Made by a program: the position numbers and the translations under genes. The notes under the pieces were generated by a model that made no database searches, had not been told where the DNA came from, and saw only the letters and a program-made list of their open reading frames with translations. From contig JBEBVG010000002.1 of the NCBI GenBank assembly GCA_040392845.1, positions 1,141-65,140 of the forward strand: DNA of 64,000 nucleotides. Reading direction: 5' to 3'. Source of the stretch: Sphingobacterium sp. Lineage in GTDB: Bacteria; Bacteroidota; Bacteroidia; Sphingobacteriales; Sphingobacteriaceae. Of the stretch, positions 39,959 to 50,161 are shown piece after piece. Each line of letters opens with the position of its first letter. The first letter of the stretch is position 1.

Positions 39959-40780
39959 ATGATAAGATTATTATTTCCACTTTTCATAGTACTTGCACTA
40001 CTTTCCTCTTGTGCAGCCAAAAGAGGAAGAGTATTATCAAATCCGCAATCAAAGACATCTCCTATCTCAAAACCTTCCACAAATACTTCCCTTTCTGGGC
40101 AAACTTATATCAACCAATACAAGGATATAGCCGTTCGGGAAATGAACCAATATGGTATACCTGCAAGCATTAAGTTGGCTCAAGCCTTGCTTGAGTCAGG
40201 CAATGGAAACAGTTATCTGGCAAGAGAAGCAAATAATCATTTTGGGATAAAGTGTGGAGGTGTATGGAGCGGCAAGAGTATCACTCGTTCTGATGATAAT
40301 CCCAATGATTGTTTTAGAGTGTATAATAATCCTGAAGAGTCGTTTAAGGACCATTCGCAATTCTTGCTTAGAAAGCGGTATGAACAACTCTTTACATTGG
40401 ATAAAAACGATTATAAAGGTTGGGCTAGGGGGTTAAAGCAGGCTGGCTACGCTACCAATCCGCGTTATCCGGAGTTACTGATCGACCTTATAGAAAGATA
40501 TGAGCTATATAGATATGACCGAACAGAATCTTTTATAGAAAAGGAAATAAGAGAAGAGAAGGTAGAATCTATAATTGAAAAGAAAGCAAATATCGAGACT
40601 GTAGATAAAACAGCACAAATAAAAACACCAGTTAAAATGGTCATATATGAGGTGAAAGTCTCAGATACATTGTATGCTATCAGTCGTAAATATAATGTTA
40701 CAGTAGAACAGATCATGGAGCTTAACGGGCTGACGAGCGACAGTTTATCGGTTGGACAGCTATTGGTCATTACGAAGTAG
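39959..40780 (+). CDS. GH73 glucosaminidase-LysM lipoprotein
   Basis: Lipobox LSSC; AQALLESG, NNHFGIKC, GYATNP; C-terminal LysM (DTLYAISRKY). Confidence 0.92.
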   Translation: MIRLLFPLFIVLALLSSCAAKRGRVLSNPQSKTSPISKPSTNTSLSGQTYINQYKDIAVREMNQYGIPASIKLAQALLESGNGNSYLAREANNHFGIKCGGVWSGKSITRSDDNPNDCFRVYNNPEESFKDHSQFLLRKRYEQLFTLDKNDYKGWARGLKQAGYATNPRYPELLIDLIERYELYRYDRTESFIEKEIREEKVESIIEKKANIETVDKTAQIKTPVKMVIYEVKVSDTLYAISRKYNVTVEQIMELNGLTSDSLSVGQLLVITK

Positions 40781-41561
40781 CTTTAAAAGTTGTAGTTTTA
40801 CGGTGGTGAAAACAGTTGTCGGCTTTTTATGCACATTATTTTTATTTTTGCTCAGCCCTGTAGGGTATGGGCAGAAGAAAGTGGCTGGCATTGTTTTGGA
40901 TAGAAATACCAAGCAACGGGTAGCTCGGGTATTATTAATAAATACGGCGTCCGGAGCAAATGTTTTCAACAATGTGAAGGGTGAGTTTTCTATCGAAATG
41001 CAAAAAGGAGATACACTTATCGCCAGAAAGGATGAATATAAAAGCGATACTTTGATCTATGTGGGACAAGAAGTCGTGGTAATCAATTTGCAGAAAACTT
41101 CAATCTATATAGAGCCTGTCACGGTAGTTGCAAAAAAGAGCCCGGAAGAAATTTTAGCCCAACGACAGATCGATTATGCGAAGGCCTATCGTTTAGCGGA
41201 TGCTGGAGAATATTTTTCGGTAGGGCCAAATGGAGCAGGGTTGAGTATTAATACGATTTATAATTTTTTGAGCAAAGAAGGAAAGAACGCACGAAAACTC
41301 ACAACCTACTTTCAACATGAGTATGAAGAAAATGTAGTGGATTGGAAGTTTTCGAGAACGTTAGTGAAGAGCGTCACGGGCTTGGATGGAGAGTTTTTAG
41401 ATAACTTTATGATAAGATATCGGCCGTCTTATAATTTTGTACAGCTGGCAAACACATATCAATTGACAGCATATATACTATCAAAATATGAACAGTTCAA
41501 GATAAACCCGTATTTTAAGCCTTTACCGGATTTAACTAACATACAGACTGATGAAAAATAA
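40752..41561 (+). CDS. Exported hypothetical protein with CarboxypepD_reg-like N-terminal domain
   Basis: G.VLD..T...V...GEFSI pattern, EPVTV. The start is uncertain (TTG 40752 or GTG near 40803-40806). Confidence 0.6.
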   Translation: MDSYWSLRSSFKSCSFTVVKTVVGFLCTLFLFLLSPVGYGQKKVAGIVLDRNTKQRVARVLLINTASGANVFNNVKGEFSIEMQKGDTLIARKDEYKSDTLIYVGQEVVVINLQKTSIYIEPVTVVAKKSPEEILAQRQIDYAKAYRLADAGEYFSVGPNGAGLSINTIYNFLSKEGKNARKLTTYFQHEYEENVVDWKFSRTLVKSVTGLDGEFLDNFMIRYRPSYNFVQLANTYQLTAYILSKYEQFKINPYFKPLPDLTNIQTDEK

Positions 41562-42627
41562 TATTGACATAATGAATTATAGAAACCTATTGGGTATCAT
41601 TTTGGGTATATGTATGACAACACTGGCGCAGGGCCAGGAAAACTTAAAAGAGCTACGTGATAATCCGGAAGCCAAATTGACTAAAAAGGATACAGTTGAG
41701 AAAGTACAGGTTAATCCTATTCAGGTTCCGATACCGAAGCTTGGGCTAGAAGTCAATTATTGGAAGCATTGGACAAAATTTGGGATAAATACAAATCAGG
41801 CGTCTTTTAGTGATAACTGGAGCGCAGGTGGAGTGAATTCTGTGTCAATAGGTGGATTAGCCTGGCATAAATCAGATTATACAAGAGATAATTTCAATTT
41901 TGTAACCGAGCTGGATCTGAAATATGGTAAAATTAAAAATAAAGACCAACTGGCAAAGAAAAACAATGACCGTATTTTTTGGGATAATAAACTTTCTTAC
42001 AAGTTCACAAAAGACTGGGCTGTCTATTTCTCTGTCACTTTCGAATCCCAATTTGATCTAGGATATAGCTATATAACAGATAAAGAGACAAAAGAAGAGC
42101 GTGTGAAGGACGTACAGACGGCATTTTTGGGTCCCGGATATTTTACCGAATCGTTCGGTTTGGAATACAAACCAGACAATACCTTTTCTCTTCGCTTAGG
42201 TACGGGTACGGCACGTCAGACCTTAATGATAAATGAAAGATCTAAGCCTTTGACTGTCGCTGAATATGCAGAACGTTATCCGGAAAATGATCCACTGAAA
42301 GAAGACCAAAAGAAGTTTGGATTGACTCCCGGTTACACGGTAAGAAATGATCTGGCTTTTCAGATTACGGCCAATCTGGACCGTAATCTAACGAACAACC
42401 TGAACCTAAAATCACGTTATAACCTATTTGCCGATTACAGGGAGTTAAAAAAACCCGATCACCGCTTAGATGTGACACTGTCTGCGAAGGTGGGCCGCTT
42501 AGTTAATGTTACTTTGACAGGTATAATGTTGTATGATAATGACTGGATTATGGAAGAAGATACAAAGGCTAAAATTCAATTTAGCCAGGCACTAGCTCTG
42601 GGGATGGTCTTTTCTCTACCTAGATAA
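41551..42627 (+). CDS. DUF3078 outer-membrane beta-barrel-like protein
   Basis: NQASFSDNWSAGG, F.SQF..GY, F..PGY. The true start may be ATG 41572. Confidence 0.8.
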   Translation: MKNNIDIMNYRNLLGIILGICMTTLAQGQENLKELRDNPEAKLTKKDTVEKVQVNPIQVPIPKLGLEVNYWKHWTKFGINTNQASFSDNWSAGGVNSVSIGGLAWHKSDYTRDNFNFVTELDLKYGKIKNKDQLAKKNNDRIFWDNKLSYKFTKDWAVYFSVTFESQFDLGYSYITDKETKEERVKDVQTAFLGPGYFTESFGLEYKPDNTFSLRLGTGTARQTLMINERSKPLTVAEYAERYPENDPLKEDQKKFGLTPGYTVRNDLAFQITANLDRNLTNNLNLKSRYNLFADYRELKKPDHRLDVTLSAKVGRLVNVTLTGIMLYDNDWIMEEDTKAKIQFSQALALGMVFSLPR

Positions 42628-42637
42628 GGTATTCTTC

Positions 42638-43561
42638 ATGAAGATTTTTCCGACTATTGTGGTTGTTGGCTTCCTGACATTGATTGTAAGCTGTATGTCG
42701 AAGAAAAAAAGCCGGCAATCATTAGGAAGTGAGCTTGTATCTCAGATAGTTTTAGATACGGCCAAGTTGCATCTTGCCCTATCTCCGGAAGATATGCGAG
42801 ACACTTTGAAAAAAGATACTTTTGTAGTGGATGGACAGGTTGTCGTCGATACAATACTGACGCCTGAGGAAAAGATTACACTTCAAAAAAGGAGGGGTAT
42901 ATACAAGCAAGCTGACTGGGCAGGGGCGATTCACTATGACCTTCGTAAACCCAATTTTGTTATTATCCATCATACATCACAGCATAGTGTGGCCCAAACT
43001 ATACGTACCTTTCAGTTGGAACATACTCAGGTTAGTGCACATTATGTAATTGGGAAAGATGGGCGAGTCATCCAGATGTTGAACGATTATGAACGAGCCT
43101 GGCATGCGGGCCGTTCCAAATGGGGGCCGATTACGGATCTTAATTCCGTATCTATCGGTGTTGAGCTGGATAATAATGGAGAAGAACCATTTCCACAAGA
43201 ACAGATCAACTCATTATTGATTTTATTGGATACTTTAAAAGTACGATATACTATTCCTCAACTGAATTTTATAGGTCATGGAGATGTAGCCCCTACGCGA
43301 AAAAACGATCCGAATGTGTTTTTCCCTTGGAAAAGGTTGGCAGAAAGAGGATTTGGTATCTGGTATAACGAAGACTATCTCCTGGATCCCCCTGCTGATT
43401 TCAACCCTATTGATGCGCTCAAAATAATGGGCTATGACACTAGTAATCTGGAAGCTACCATACAAGCTTTTAAAAGGAAATATATTGTAAAGGAAGTGAA
43501 CAATACATTAACTTCCTACGATAGGGCTGTATTGTACGATCTTTACCGTAAATATTATTAA
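42638..43561 (+). CDS. N-acetylmuramoyl-L-alanine amidase (Amidase_2, AmiD-like lipoprotein)
   Basis: Lipobox IVSC; IIHHT, SAHY, RAWHAG, SIGVEL, GHGD..P.RK.DP. Confidence 0.92.
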   Translation: MKIFPTIVVVGFLTLIVSCMSKKKSRQSLGSELVSQIVLDTAKLHLALSPEDMRDTLKKDTFVVDGQVVVDTILTPEEKITLQKRRGIYKQADWAGAIHYDLRKPNFVIIHHTSQHSVAQTIRTFQLEHTQVSAHYVIGKDGRVIQMLNDYERAWHAGRSKWGPITDLNSVSIGVELDNNGEEPFPQEQINSLLILLDTLKVRYTIPQLNFIGHGDVAPTRKNDPNVFFPWKRLAERGFGIWYNEDYLLDPPADFNPIDALKIMGYDTSNLEATIQAFKRKYIVKEVNNTLTSYDRAVLYDLYRKYY

Positions 43562-43585
43562 ATAAATAGTATACTTCTTCTCGTA

Positions 43586-44839
43586 TTATTTTCCAAAAGC
43601 TTCTCTGACTCGAGCTACATAATCCAGTTTTTCCCAGGTAAATAATTCTACCTCAAGTTGTTTTTGTTCACCGATAGAGCTTTCGAATGTCTTGGTTACT
43701 ACTTGATGAGTACGTCCCATATGCCCGTAAGCAGCAGTCTCAAAGTACATGGGTTGACGGAGTTTTAGTCGCGTTTCTATACCGTAAGGAGTCATATCAA
43801 AGAGTTCTTCAATTTTAGAAGCAATCTCGCTGTCTGAATAATTAACCTTTGCAGTACCATATGTATTGACATATATTCCCATAGGGTCTTTTACCCCAAT
43901 CGCATAAGAAATCTGTACAAGAATCTCATCAGCTATACCTGCTGCTACCAGGTTCTTAGCAATATGACGCGTAGCGTATGCGGCAGAACGATCTACTTTT
44001 GAAGGATCCTTCCCGGAGAAAGCCCCTCCCCCGTGTGCACCTTTTCCACCGTAAGTATCTACGATAATTTTACGGCCGGTAAGACCAGTATCACCGTGGG
44101 GACCACCGATGACAAATTTCCCCGTAGGGTTGATATGGTATTTGATCTGATCATTAAACAGAGTCTGTAGCTCAGGTTTTAACTGAGCTTTTACCCGTGG
44201 TATCAGAATATTTTTAATATCCTCTGTGATCTTATGCTGCATGAGTTCCTCGCTATCGAAATCATCATGTTGTGTAGAAATAACGATAGTATCAATACGC
44301 ACAGGCTTATGATCGTCACTGTATTCCAGGGTTACCTGCGATTTTGCATCAGGTCGCAGATAGGTGATTTCACTGTTTTCACGACGTATAGCGGCCAATT
44401 CGTAGAGTAAACGGTGAGATAGATCAAGTGCTAATGGCATATAATTATCCGTTTCATTATTGGCATAACCAAACATGATTCCCTGGTCACCGGCACCCTG
44501 TTCTTGCCTTGTTTTACGATCTACGCCTTGGTTTATGTCCGCAGATTGTTCGTGAATAGCGGAAAGAACACCACAGGAGTTTGCTTCGAACATGTATTCA
44601 GACTTTGTATAGCCGATTCTCTCAATGACGGAGCGTGCAATTTTTTGGACGTCAAGATAAATATTGGATTTTACTTCACCAGCAAGAACAACTTGCCCTG
44701 TAGTGACTAAAGTCTCTATAGCGACACGAGCATCTTCGTCCCAAGCTAAAAAATTGTCTATTAATGCATCTGATATTTGGTCAGCGATTTTATCCGGATG
44801 TCCCTCGGATACTGATTCAGATGTGAATAAATATGCCAT
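43586..44839 (-). CDS. metK: S-adenosylmethionine synthetase
   Basis: [28 protein letters not shown]. Confidence 0.98.
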   Translation of the reverse strand: MAYLFTSESVSEGHPDKIADQISDALIDNFLAWDEDARVAIETLVTTGQVVLAGEVKSNIYLDVQKIARSVIERIGYTKSEYMFEANSCGVLSAIHEQSADINQGVDRKTRQEQGAGDQGIMFGYANNETDNYMPLALDLSHRLLYELAAIRRENSEITYLRPDAKSQVTLEYSDDHKPVRIDTIVISTQHDDFDSEELMQHKITEDIKNILIPRVKAQLKPELQTLFNDQIKYHINPTGKFVIGGPHGDTGLTGRKIIVDTYGGKGAHGGGAFSGKDPSKVDRSAAYATRHIAKNLVAAGIADEILVQISYAIGVKDPMGIYVNTYGTAKVNYSDSEIASKIEELFDMTPYGIETRLKLRQPMYFETAAYGHMGRTHQVVTKTFESSIGEQKQLEVELFTWEKLDYVARVREAFGK

Positions 44840-44914
44840 AGTATTTTCAATAATGTTTAACAGACAAAAGCAGAGTGTGTGTACTTAGGTGAGAAGCAAA
44901 ACAGATGTAAGCAA

Positions 44915-44990
44915 CGGTTTTAGCACTTTTTTTTCGTGGTTGCAATCTCCCTTTTTACTTTTCTATCGTAAAATGCAAATCAATCCACTT
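44915..44990 (-). ncRNA. SAM-II (long-loop) riboswitch upstream of metK
   Basis: Minus strand GTGG-ATTGATTTGC...(long loop)...TTGCAACCAC-gaaaaaaaa-GTGCTAAAA matches the SAM-II pattern (TGATTT...TTGCA...GCTAAA, GTGG/CCAC stem). A TAGTTTTG -7 element lies at 45000-45007. Confidence 0.8.
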
Positions 44991-45108
44991 TTGTTGGCAC
45001 AAAACTACGACTCTTTTATAATTAATAAAAGTTAATTTGTACATATTATCTTTATGCCATGATTCACGACGAGGTATTAGTATATTTACGGTTTGTTAGC
45101 AATAATTC

Positions 45109-45987
45109 ATGCAAGCTCAACGAAGAATATTATTTGTAATTAATCCCATTTCCGGAGGAAAGAAAAAGACTGCGTTTAACAAAACAGTGCTGGAAGTATT
45201 GGATCTGGAAAAATTTCACCCTACATTTCAACAAACCGCAGGGCCTGACCACGCTTATGAAATAGGGCGCCAGGCTATTGCGGACAAGTATGATGCGGTG
45301 GTGGCGGTAGGGGGAGACGGGACTATTAACGAGCTTGGCTCTGCTTTAGTTGGAAGTGATATTCCGTTGGGAATTATTCCTGAAGGATCGGGTAATGGCC
45401 TAGCATTATATTTGGGTATTCCATTAAATGAAACTGCGGCACTCCGGCGTATTAATAGATTTGATATACAGGAAGTAGATTCGGGCGTCATCAATGGACA
45501 TCCTTTCTTCAATATAGCTGGTCTTGGCTTTGATGCATCGGTGAGTGATAAATTTGCGAATGAGCAATTAAGAGGGCCTGTCGGATATTTGAGAACAATA
45601 ATTAATGTACTGGGGAATTATAAGCCTTGTAAATATCAGCTTACCATTGATGGCAGTGAATACGAAAGAGAAGCATTTATGATCAGCGTGGCTAATTCCC
45701 CTCAATATGGTAATAATGCTTATATCGCGCCAAACGCATCTGTAAATGATGGAGTGCTGGATGTTTGTATTGTTAAGAAATTTCCTCTTTACATTCTTCC
45801 GATGATGGTGTATCATTTGTTTAACCGTTCGGTAGATCAATCAGAGTATGTGGAAATTATTCCCGGGCGAGAAATTAAGATCGAACGTGTAGATACTGGC
45901 CCCGTCCATGTAGATGGAGAACCATTGAACATCCAAGGTAGTTTGTATATAAATGTTAAACCTAATTCTTTAAAAATTATTTGTTAA
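45109..45987 (+). CDS. Diacylglycerol/lipid kinase family (YegS/BmrU)
   Basis: INPISG, GGDGT, GSGNGLA, G.GFDA, HVDGE. Confidence 0.92.
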   Translation: MQAQRRILFVINPISGGKKKTAFNKTVLEVLDLEKFHPTFQQTAGPDHAYEIGRQAIADKYDAVVAVGGDGTINELGSALVGSDIPLGIIPEGSGNGLALYLGIPLNETAALRRINRFDIQEVDSGVINGHPFFNIAGLGFDASVSDKFANEQLRGPVGYLRTIINVLGNYKPCKYQLTIDGSEYEREAFMISVANSPQYGNNAYIAPNASVNDGVLDVCIVKKFPLYILPMMVYHLFNRSVDQSEYVEIIPGREIKIERVDTGPVHVDGEPLNIQGSLYINVKPNSLKIIC

Positions 45988-46053
45988 ATCGCTTTCGGCA
46001 ATAGCAGTAAGCAATAGGCTAAGCTTAGAGCCTAAAGCCAATTACTAAAAAAT

Positions 46054-46398
46054 ATGGCAAAAAATAAAAAACAACGATTTGAAGGCATAGTGTATTCTAC
46101 CGATACAAACTTTTCGTATCAATTGACAGATGATAACGAAGAAGCCGCTACACTATCTAAGGATAAGCAAAAGTTGAAGGTCCTGTTGGATAAGAAAGCA
46201 CGTAAAGGCAAGATAGTGACGTTGGTAGAAGGATTTGTTGGTTCAGATAAAGACTTGCAGGAGCTGGCAAAAATCCTAAAACAAAAGTGTGGAGTTGGAG
46301 GCAGTGCTAAAGATGGAGAAATTATAATTCAGGGAGATTTTAAGCAAAAGATATTTGAACATTTAAAAGCGAGCGGTTACGGAGCGAAACTTGTATAA
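46054..46398 (+). CDS. yciH: SUI1/YciH translation-initiation-factor family protein
   Basis: RKGKIVT, LKQKCGVGGS, IIIQGD. Confidence 0.9.
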   Translation: MAKNKKQRFEGIVYSTDTNFSYQLTDDNEEAATLSKDKQKLKVLLDKKARKGKIVTLVEGFVGSDKDLQELAKILKQKCGVGGSAKDGEIIIQGDFKQKIFEHLKASGYGAKLV

Positions 46399-46795
46399 TA
46401 ATTTTTTATACTAAACCAGCTATTCCGAACGTTGTAGGATGTGAAATTAGTTTGTCTGAAGAAAATAAAAGATAATTATATAAGTGAACACTTACTTATT
46501 TTTAACATTTAGCTGTTTATTAATTTGCATATCAAAAAAAAAATGGTTTTTATTGCATAATATTTGTAGACAGCAGGATGTAGTCGCAAAGACACTCGTA
46601 GAGGGTATGGATGCCGCTGATGCTCATCCTCTGCATAAAACAATGAATGCTTTTAAATTAATTGCAAAAAAATTTGACTTTTATTCCAAAATGGTATATT
46701 TGTTATGGAAACGTCAGTTTTTAAGTAATAGTTTTTGCATATAAATAGGATAAACATAAATAATTAAACAAAGTAAAAATCTAAAAATTAGTAAA

Positions 46796-47626
46796 ATGGC
46801 AAACGCACCAAAAACTAACAGCCCAGCAAAAAAAGAAAGTGGCAATTCAGGTAATTTATTTGCGAGTTTAGCAATCGTTATTTGTTTTATAGTGGGTTAT
46901 CTCGTGTGGCAATATGTAATGGGTAATCCTAATAACTTCCAAGGTGGGGATCCTGAAAATCAACCTGTACCCGGTAACTATGCAGGTATGATATACCATG
47001 CAGGAGTAATTGTTCCTATCCTATTGGGACTATTCATGATGGTATGGGTATTTACCATCGAGCGTTTTATTGTAATAGGAAAAGCTTCTGGTACAGGAAA
47101 TGTTGGAAATTTTGTAAGAAAAGTACAATCATTATTGAAAACAGGAAGTATCGATACAGCTATCGCTGAATGTGACAAACAAAAAGGTTCTGTAGCGAAT
47201 GTTATCAAAGCGGGTCTATTAAAATATAAAGATGTAGAAGCTAACCCAGGCTTAGACGCAGAAAAATCAGCTTTAGCTATTCAAAAAGAAATCGAAGAAA
47301 CAACAGCATTGGAAATGCCTATGTTAGAGAAAAATCTGAATGTATTGGCTACGTTGGTTTCTATCGGTACATTGACAGGTCTATTAGGTACGGTAACAGG
47401 TATGATTAAAGCGTTCTCCGCTTTGGCAACAGGTGGAGCTCCTGATTCAGCTAAATTGGCGAATGGTATTTCTGAAGCCTTGATTAATACTGCTACGGGT
47501 ATTGCGACATCAACTTTTGCGATTGTTTTCTACAATATCCTGACAGCTAAGATTGATAAATTAACATACTCTATTGACGAAGCTGGTTTCTCTATCGTAC
47601 AGACGTACGCAGCAAATCACAAATAG
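46796..47626 (+). CDS. exbB: MotA/TolQ/ExbB proton channel
   Basis: GLLGTVTGMI.AF, GISEALINTATG. Confidence 0.92.
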   Translation: MANAPKTNSPAKKESGNSGNLFASLAIVICFIVGYLVWQYVMGNPNNFQGGDPENQPVPGNYAGMIYHAGVIVPILLGLFMMVWVFTIERFIVIGKASGTGNVGNFVRKVQSLLKTGSIDTAIAECDKQKGSVANVIKAGLLKYKDVEANPGLDAEKSALAIQKEIEETTALEMPMLEKNLNVLATLVSIGTLTGLLGTVTGMIKAFSALATGGAPDSAKLANGISEALINTATGIATSTFAIVFYNILTAKIDKLTYSIDEAGFSIVQTYAANHK

Positions 47627-47730
47627 GTAAAGTTGCTTACCGAAAATATTTTTCATTTTTTTATGGAAAGTACTTTTGGAAAGCATCATGAAAGAAAACA
47701 GAGTTGTTTATTTTTAAAGATTAAAAAGAA

Positions 47731-48390
47731 ATGGGAAAAGCAAAAGTAAAAAGAGCCAGTACATCGATCGATATGACGGCGATGTGTGACGTATCTTTCT
47801 TGCTTCTTACGTTCTTCGTTCTTACAGCGACAGCGAGACAACCAGAAACATTGACTGTCGATACAGCGCCTTCCTATTCTCAGGCAAAACTTCCCGATGG
47901 TAATCTTGCAATTATTACAGTAGGTGATGAGGGCAAAGTTTTCTTCAGCATGAGTGATCAGAATGTTCGTGTAGAGGCATTGAAGAGTGTGGGAAACTTG
48001 TACGGTATTGAGTTTACTCCGGAGGAACAGGCACAGTTTCAGGGGATGGAAGATTTTGGAGTTTCTATCCGTAACATGAAAGAATTGTTAGCTATGGATC
48101 CGGGAGCGAGAGCCGCTGTGCAGAGAGGTATTCCGGTGGATTCGACGACGAATTTGTCTAATGAATTGTCATCATGGGTAAAGCAAGCAAGATTAGCATC
48201 GGCTAAGATATTGCAGAACAGAGCGATAGCTGATGGAAAGGATCCGGATGATATCGAACTATTAACGGTAGCCATTAAAGCAGATGCTGATGAGAAGTTT
48301 CCTAGTTTGAACCTGATCATTGAAACGTTACGTAACCAGAAGCAGAATAAGTTTAGTTTTGTTACCGGTCTTAAATCGACTGAACAATAA
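47731..48390 (+). CDS. exbD: ExbD/TolR family protein
   Basis: IDMTAMCDVSFLLLTFFVLT, IKAD. Confidence 0.9.
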   Translation: MGKAKVKRASTSIDMTAMCDVSFLLLTFFVLTATARQPETLTVDTAPSYSQAKLPDGNLAIITVGDEGKVFFSMSDQNVRVEALKSVGNLYGIEFTPEEQAQFQGMEDFGVSIRNMKELLAMDPGARAAVQRGIPVDSTTNLSNELSSWVKQARLASAKILQNRAIADGKDPDDIELLTVAIKADADEKFPSLNLIIETLRNQKQNKFSFVTGLKSTEQ

Positions 48391-48402
48391 TATTAAAAGC
48401 AA

Positions 48403-48960
48403 ATGGCAGAATTAAATCAAGACGCCGGTAAGCAGGCCAAAGGCGGGAAAGTAAGAGCAAAGAAAAATGGCGGTAAGGTCGATCTTACAGCAATGGTAGA
48501 CTTAGCATTCTTATTGATTACGTTCTTTATGCTGACTACATCTCTGAATAAACCACAGGCGATGGATGTGGCCATGCCGGACAAGAATGTGGAGACGGAC
48601 AAAAAGGATGAGGTAGATATCGATGAACACCGTAGCGTAACGTTGGTGTTAGGCTCTAATGATAAATTAATATGGTATCAGGGTGCTGTCGGTAATCCAC
48701 TTCAAGGTCCTACAGTAATAGATTATAGTAAAGATGGCTTACGAGCGGTTTTGTTGAGCGTAAAAGAATTGGTGCCTAGACAGACAGGTGGTAAAGATGT
48801 AATTGTCGTTATTCGTCCGAGTGATAAATCTGTCACAAGGAATATCATTGATGCGCTAGACGAAATGAAAATTGCGGACATCAAACGCTATATGATCTCT
48901 AACCGTATCATGAAGGAAGAAATTGAGCTATTGGAAAAGGAGAATATATATAACGATTAG
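48403..48960 (+). CDS. exbD: ExbD/TolR family protein (second copy)
   Basis: VDLTAMVDLAFLLITFFMLT, IIDALDEM. Confidence 0.9.
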   Translation: MAELNQDAGKQAKGGKVRAKKNGGKVDLTAMVDLAFLLITFFMLTTSLNKPQAMDVAMPDKNVETDKKDEVDIDEHRSVTLVLGSNDKLIWYQGAVGNPLQGPTVIDYSKDGLRAVLLSVKELVPRQTGGKDVIVVIRPSDKSVTRNIIDALDEMKIADIKRYMISNRIMKEEIELLEKENIYND

Positions 48961-48996
48961 TAGAGGTTATATGTATTGTTATAAAACAAAAATAAT

Positions 48997-49872
48997 ATGT
49001 TTGAAAAATTAAATATATTTAAGAGTGAGTGGCTTGATGTAGTCTTCGAAAACAGGAATAAGGCTTATGGAGCTTATGAACTGCGCAGATTGGGGCCAAG
49101 AGCGACGAACACGGCGTTGTTAATCGTTTTGGCAGCTGTAGCGTTGTTCGCTATACCTCAGGCTTTCAATCTCAAGTTGTTCAACAGTTCAGCACCTAAG
49201 GAAGAAATCGCTTTCACGGAAGAATTAACTCTGGAGAATTTGCCAGAACTTCCTGAAGAAGAAGAGAAACCTCCTGTTCAGGAGGAGGCTCCGAAGATTG
49301 CGGAATCAAAACCAGCATTAGATGTTGTAGCTTTACCTGAGATCAAGCCTGTACCTAAGGAAAAGGCTGTCGAAACAGAAGTTGCTACTGTTGAAGAAGC
49401 AACAGATAAGAAGAAACTTATCGGTCCCGTGGCAATGAAGGGTATGAAAGGCGGAAGTATCACTACTGAAGGTAAATGGGGAACGAAAGATGTAGCAGGA
49501 TCAGCAACAGGTAGTACCAAAGGTGTTGAAGATGGTACTGGAGAAGGAGATCGTATCTTCGAATCCGTTGAAATCAATCCTTCGCCTAAAGATGGTATGG
49601 ATGCGTTTAGAAAATGGATTGCAGACAACTATCAATATCCGGCAGGTGCGATTGATGCAGGAGTGAAAGGTACTGTAACCGTTTCGTTTGTCGTAGAGCG
49701 TAACGGAGAGCTGACAGATATAAAGGTTCTCAAGGATTTGTCTTACGGTACAGGACAGGCTGCGATTAGCTTATTAAAGCGAGCGAAAAAATGGAACCCG
49801 GGAATACAAAACGGGCGTCCGGTTCGTGTGGCCTATACGCTTCCGATTCGTTTGGACTTAACACAAATGTAA
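48997..49872 (+). CDS. tonB: Energy transducer TonB
   Basis: FENRNKAYGAYELR, TM anchor, Pro/Glu linker, YP...G.V.V.FVV...W.PG.QNG.PVRV.Y.LPI C-domain. Confidence 0.9.
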   Translation: MFEKLNIFKSEWLDVVFENRNKAYGAYELRRLGPRATNTALLIVLAAVALFAIPQAFNLKLFNSSAPKEEIAFTEELTLENLPELPEEEEKPPVQEEAPKIAESKPALDVVALPEIKPVPKEKAVETEVATVEEATDKKKLIGPVAMKGMKGGSITTEGKWGTKDVAGSATGSTKGVEDGTGEGDRIFESVEINPSPKDGMDAFRKWIADNYQYPAGAIDAGVKGTVTVSFVVERNGELTDIKVLKDLSYGTGQAAISLLKRAKKWNPGIQNGRPVRVAYTLPIRLDLTQM

Positions 49873-50114
49873 TGAGTTTTAGTACTAACTCAAGAAATAG
49901 TAAATTTAGACAGAAATCGCCGACACAGCGATTTTTGTCCATTTTGGGACTATGTATGTTCTTGTTTTATTTCACTCTAGGACTTTTGATTATCTTTTGG
50001 AAAAATTTTCCGTTGGAGATTAACCCTACCTATAAGAATATGTTCGGTATATTATTGATTGTATATTCTTTTATGCGTTTTGCAAGGTTGTGGCAAAACA
50101 ATTTTATGCGTTAA
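49872..50114 (+). CDS. Small two-TM membrane protein
   Basis: ATG 49872 overlaps the tonB stop; two TM helices (FGILLIVYSFMRFAR). Confidence 0.7.
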   Translation: MSFSTNSRNSKFRQKSPTQRFLSILGLCMFLFYFTLGLLIIFWKNFPLEINPTYKNMFGILLIVYSFMRFARLWQNNFMR

Positions 50115-50161
50115 AAATTGTTAAGACTTAATCTTTTTATTAAAATTTTATTCATATTGAC

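Noticed and set aside
46015-46034. TAGGCTAAGCTTAGAGCCTA hairpin sharing CTTAGAGCCT with the MITE end
   Set aside because: Only a 10-nt match with no partner TIR; more likely a small intergenic hairpin.
46484-46744. 86-aa ORF upstream of exbB
   Set aside because: GTG start, low-complexity AT-rich composition, and it runs through promoter-like elements; probably spurious.
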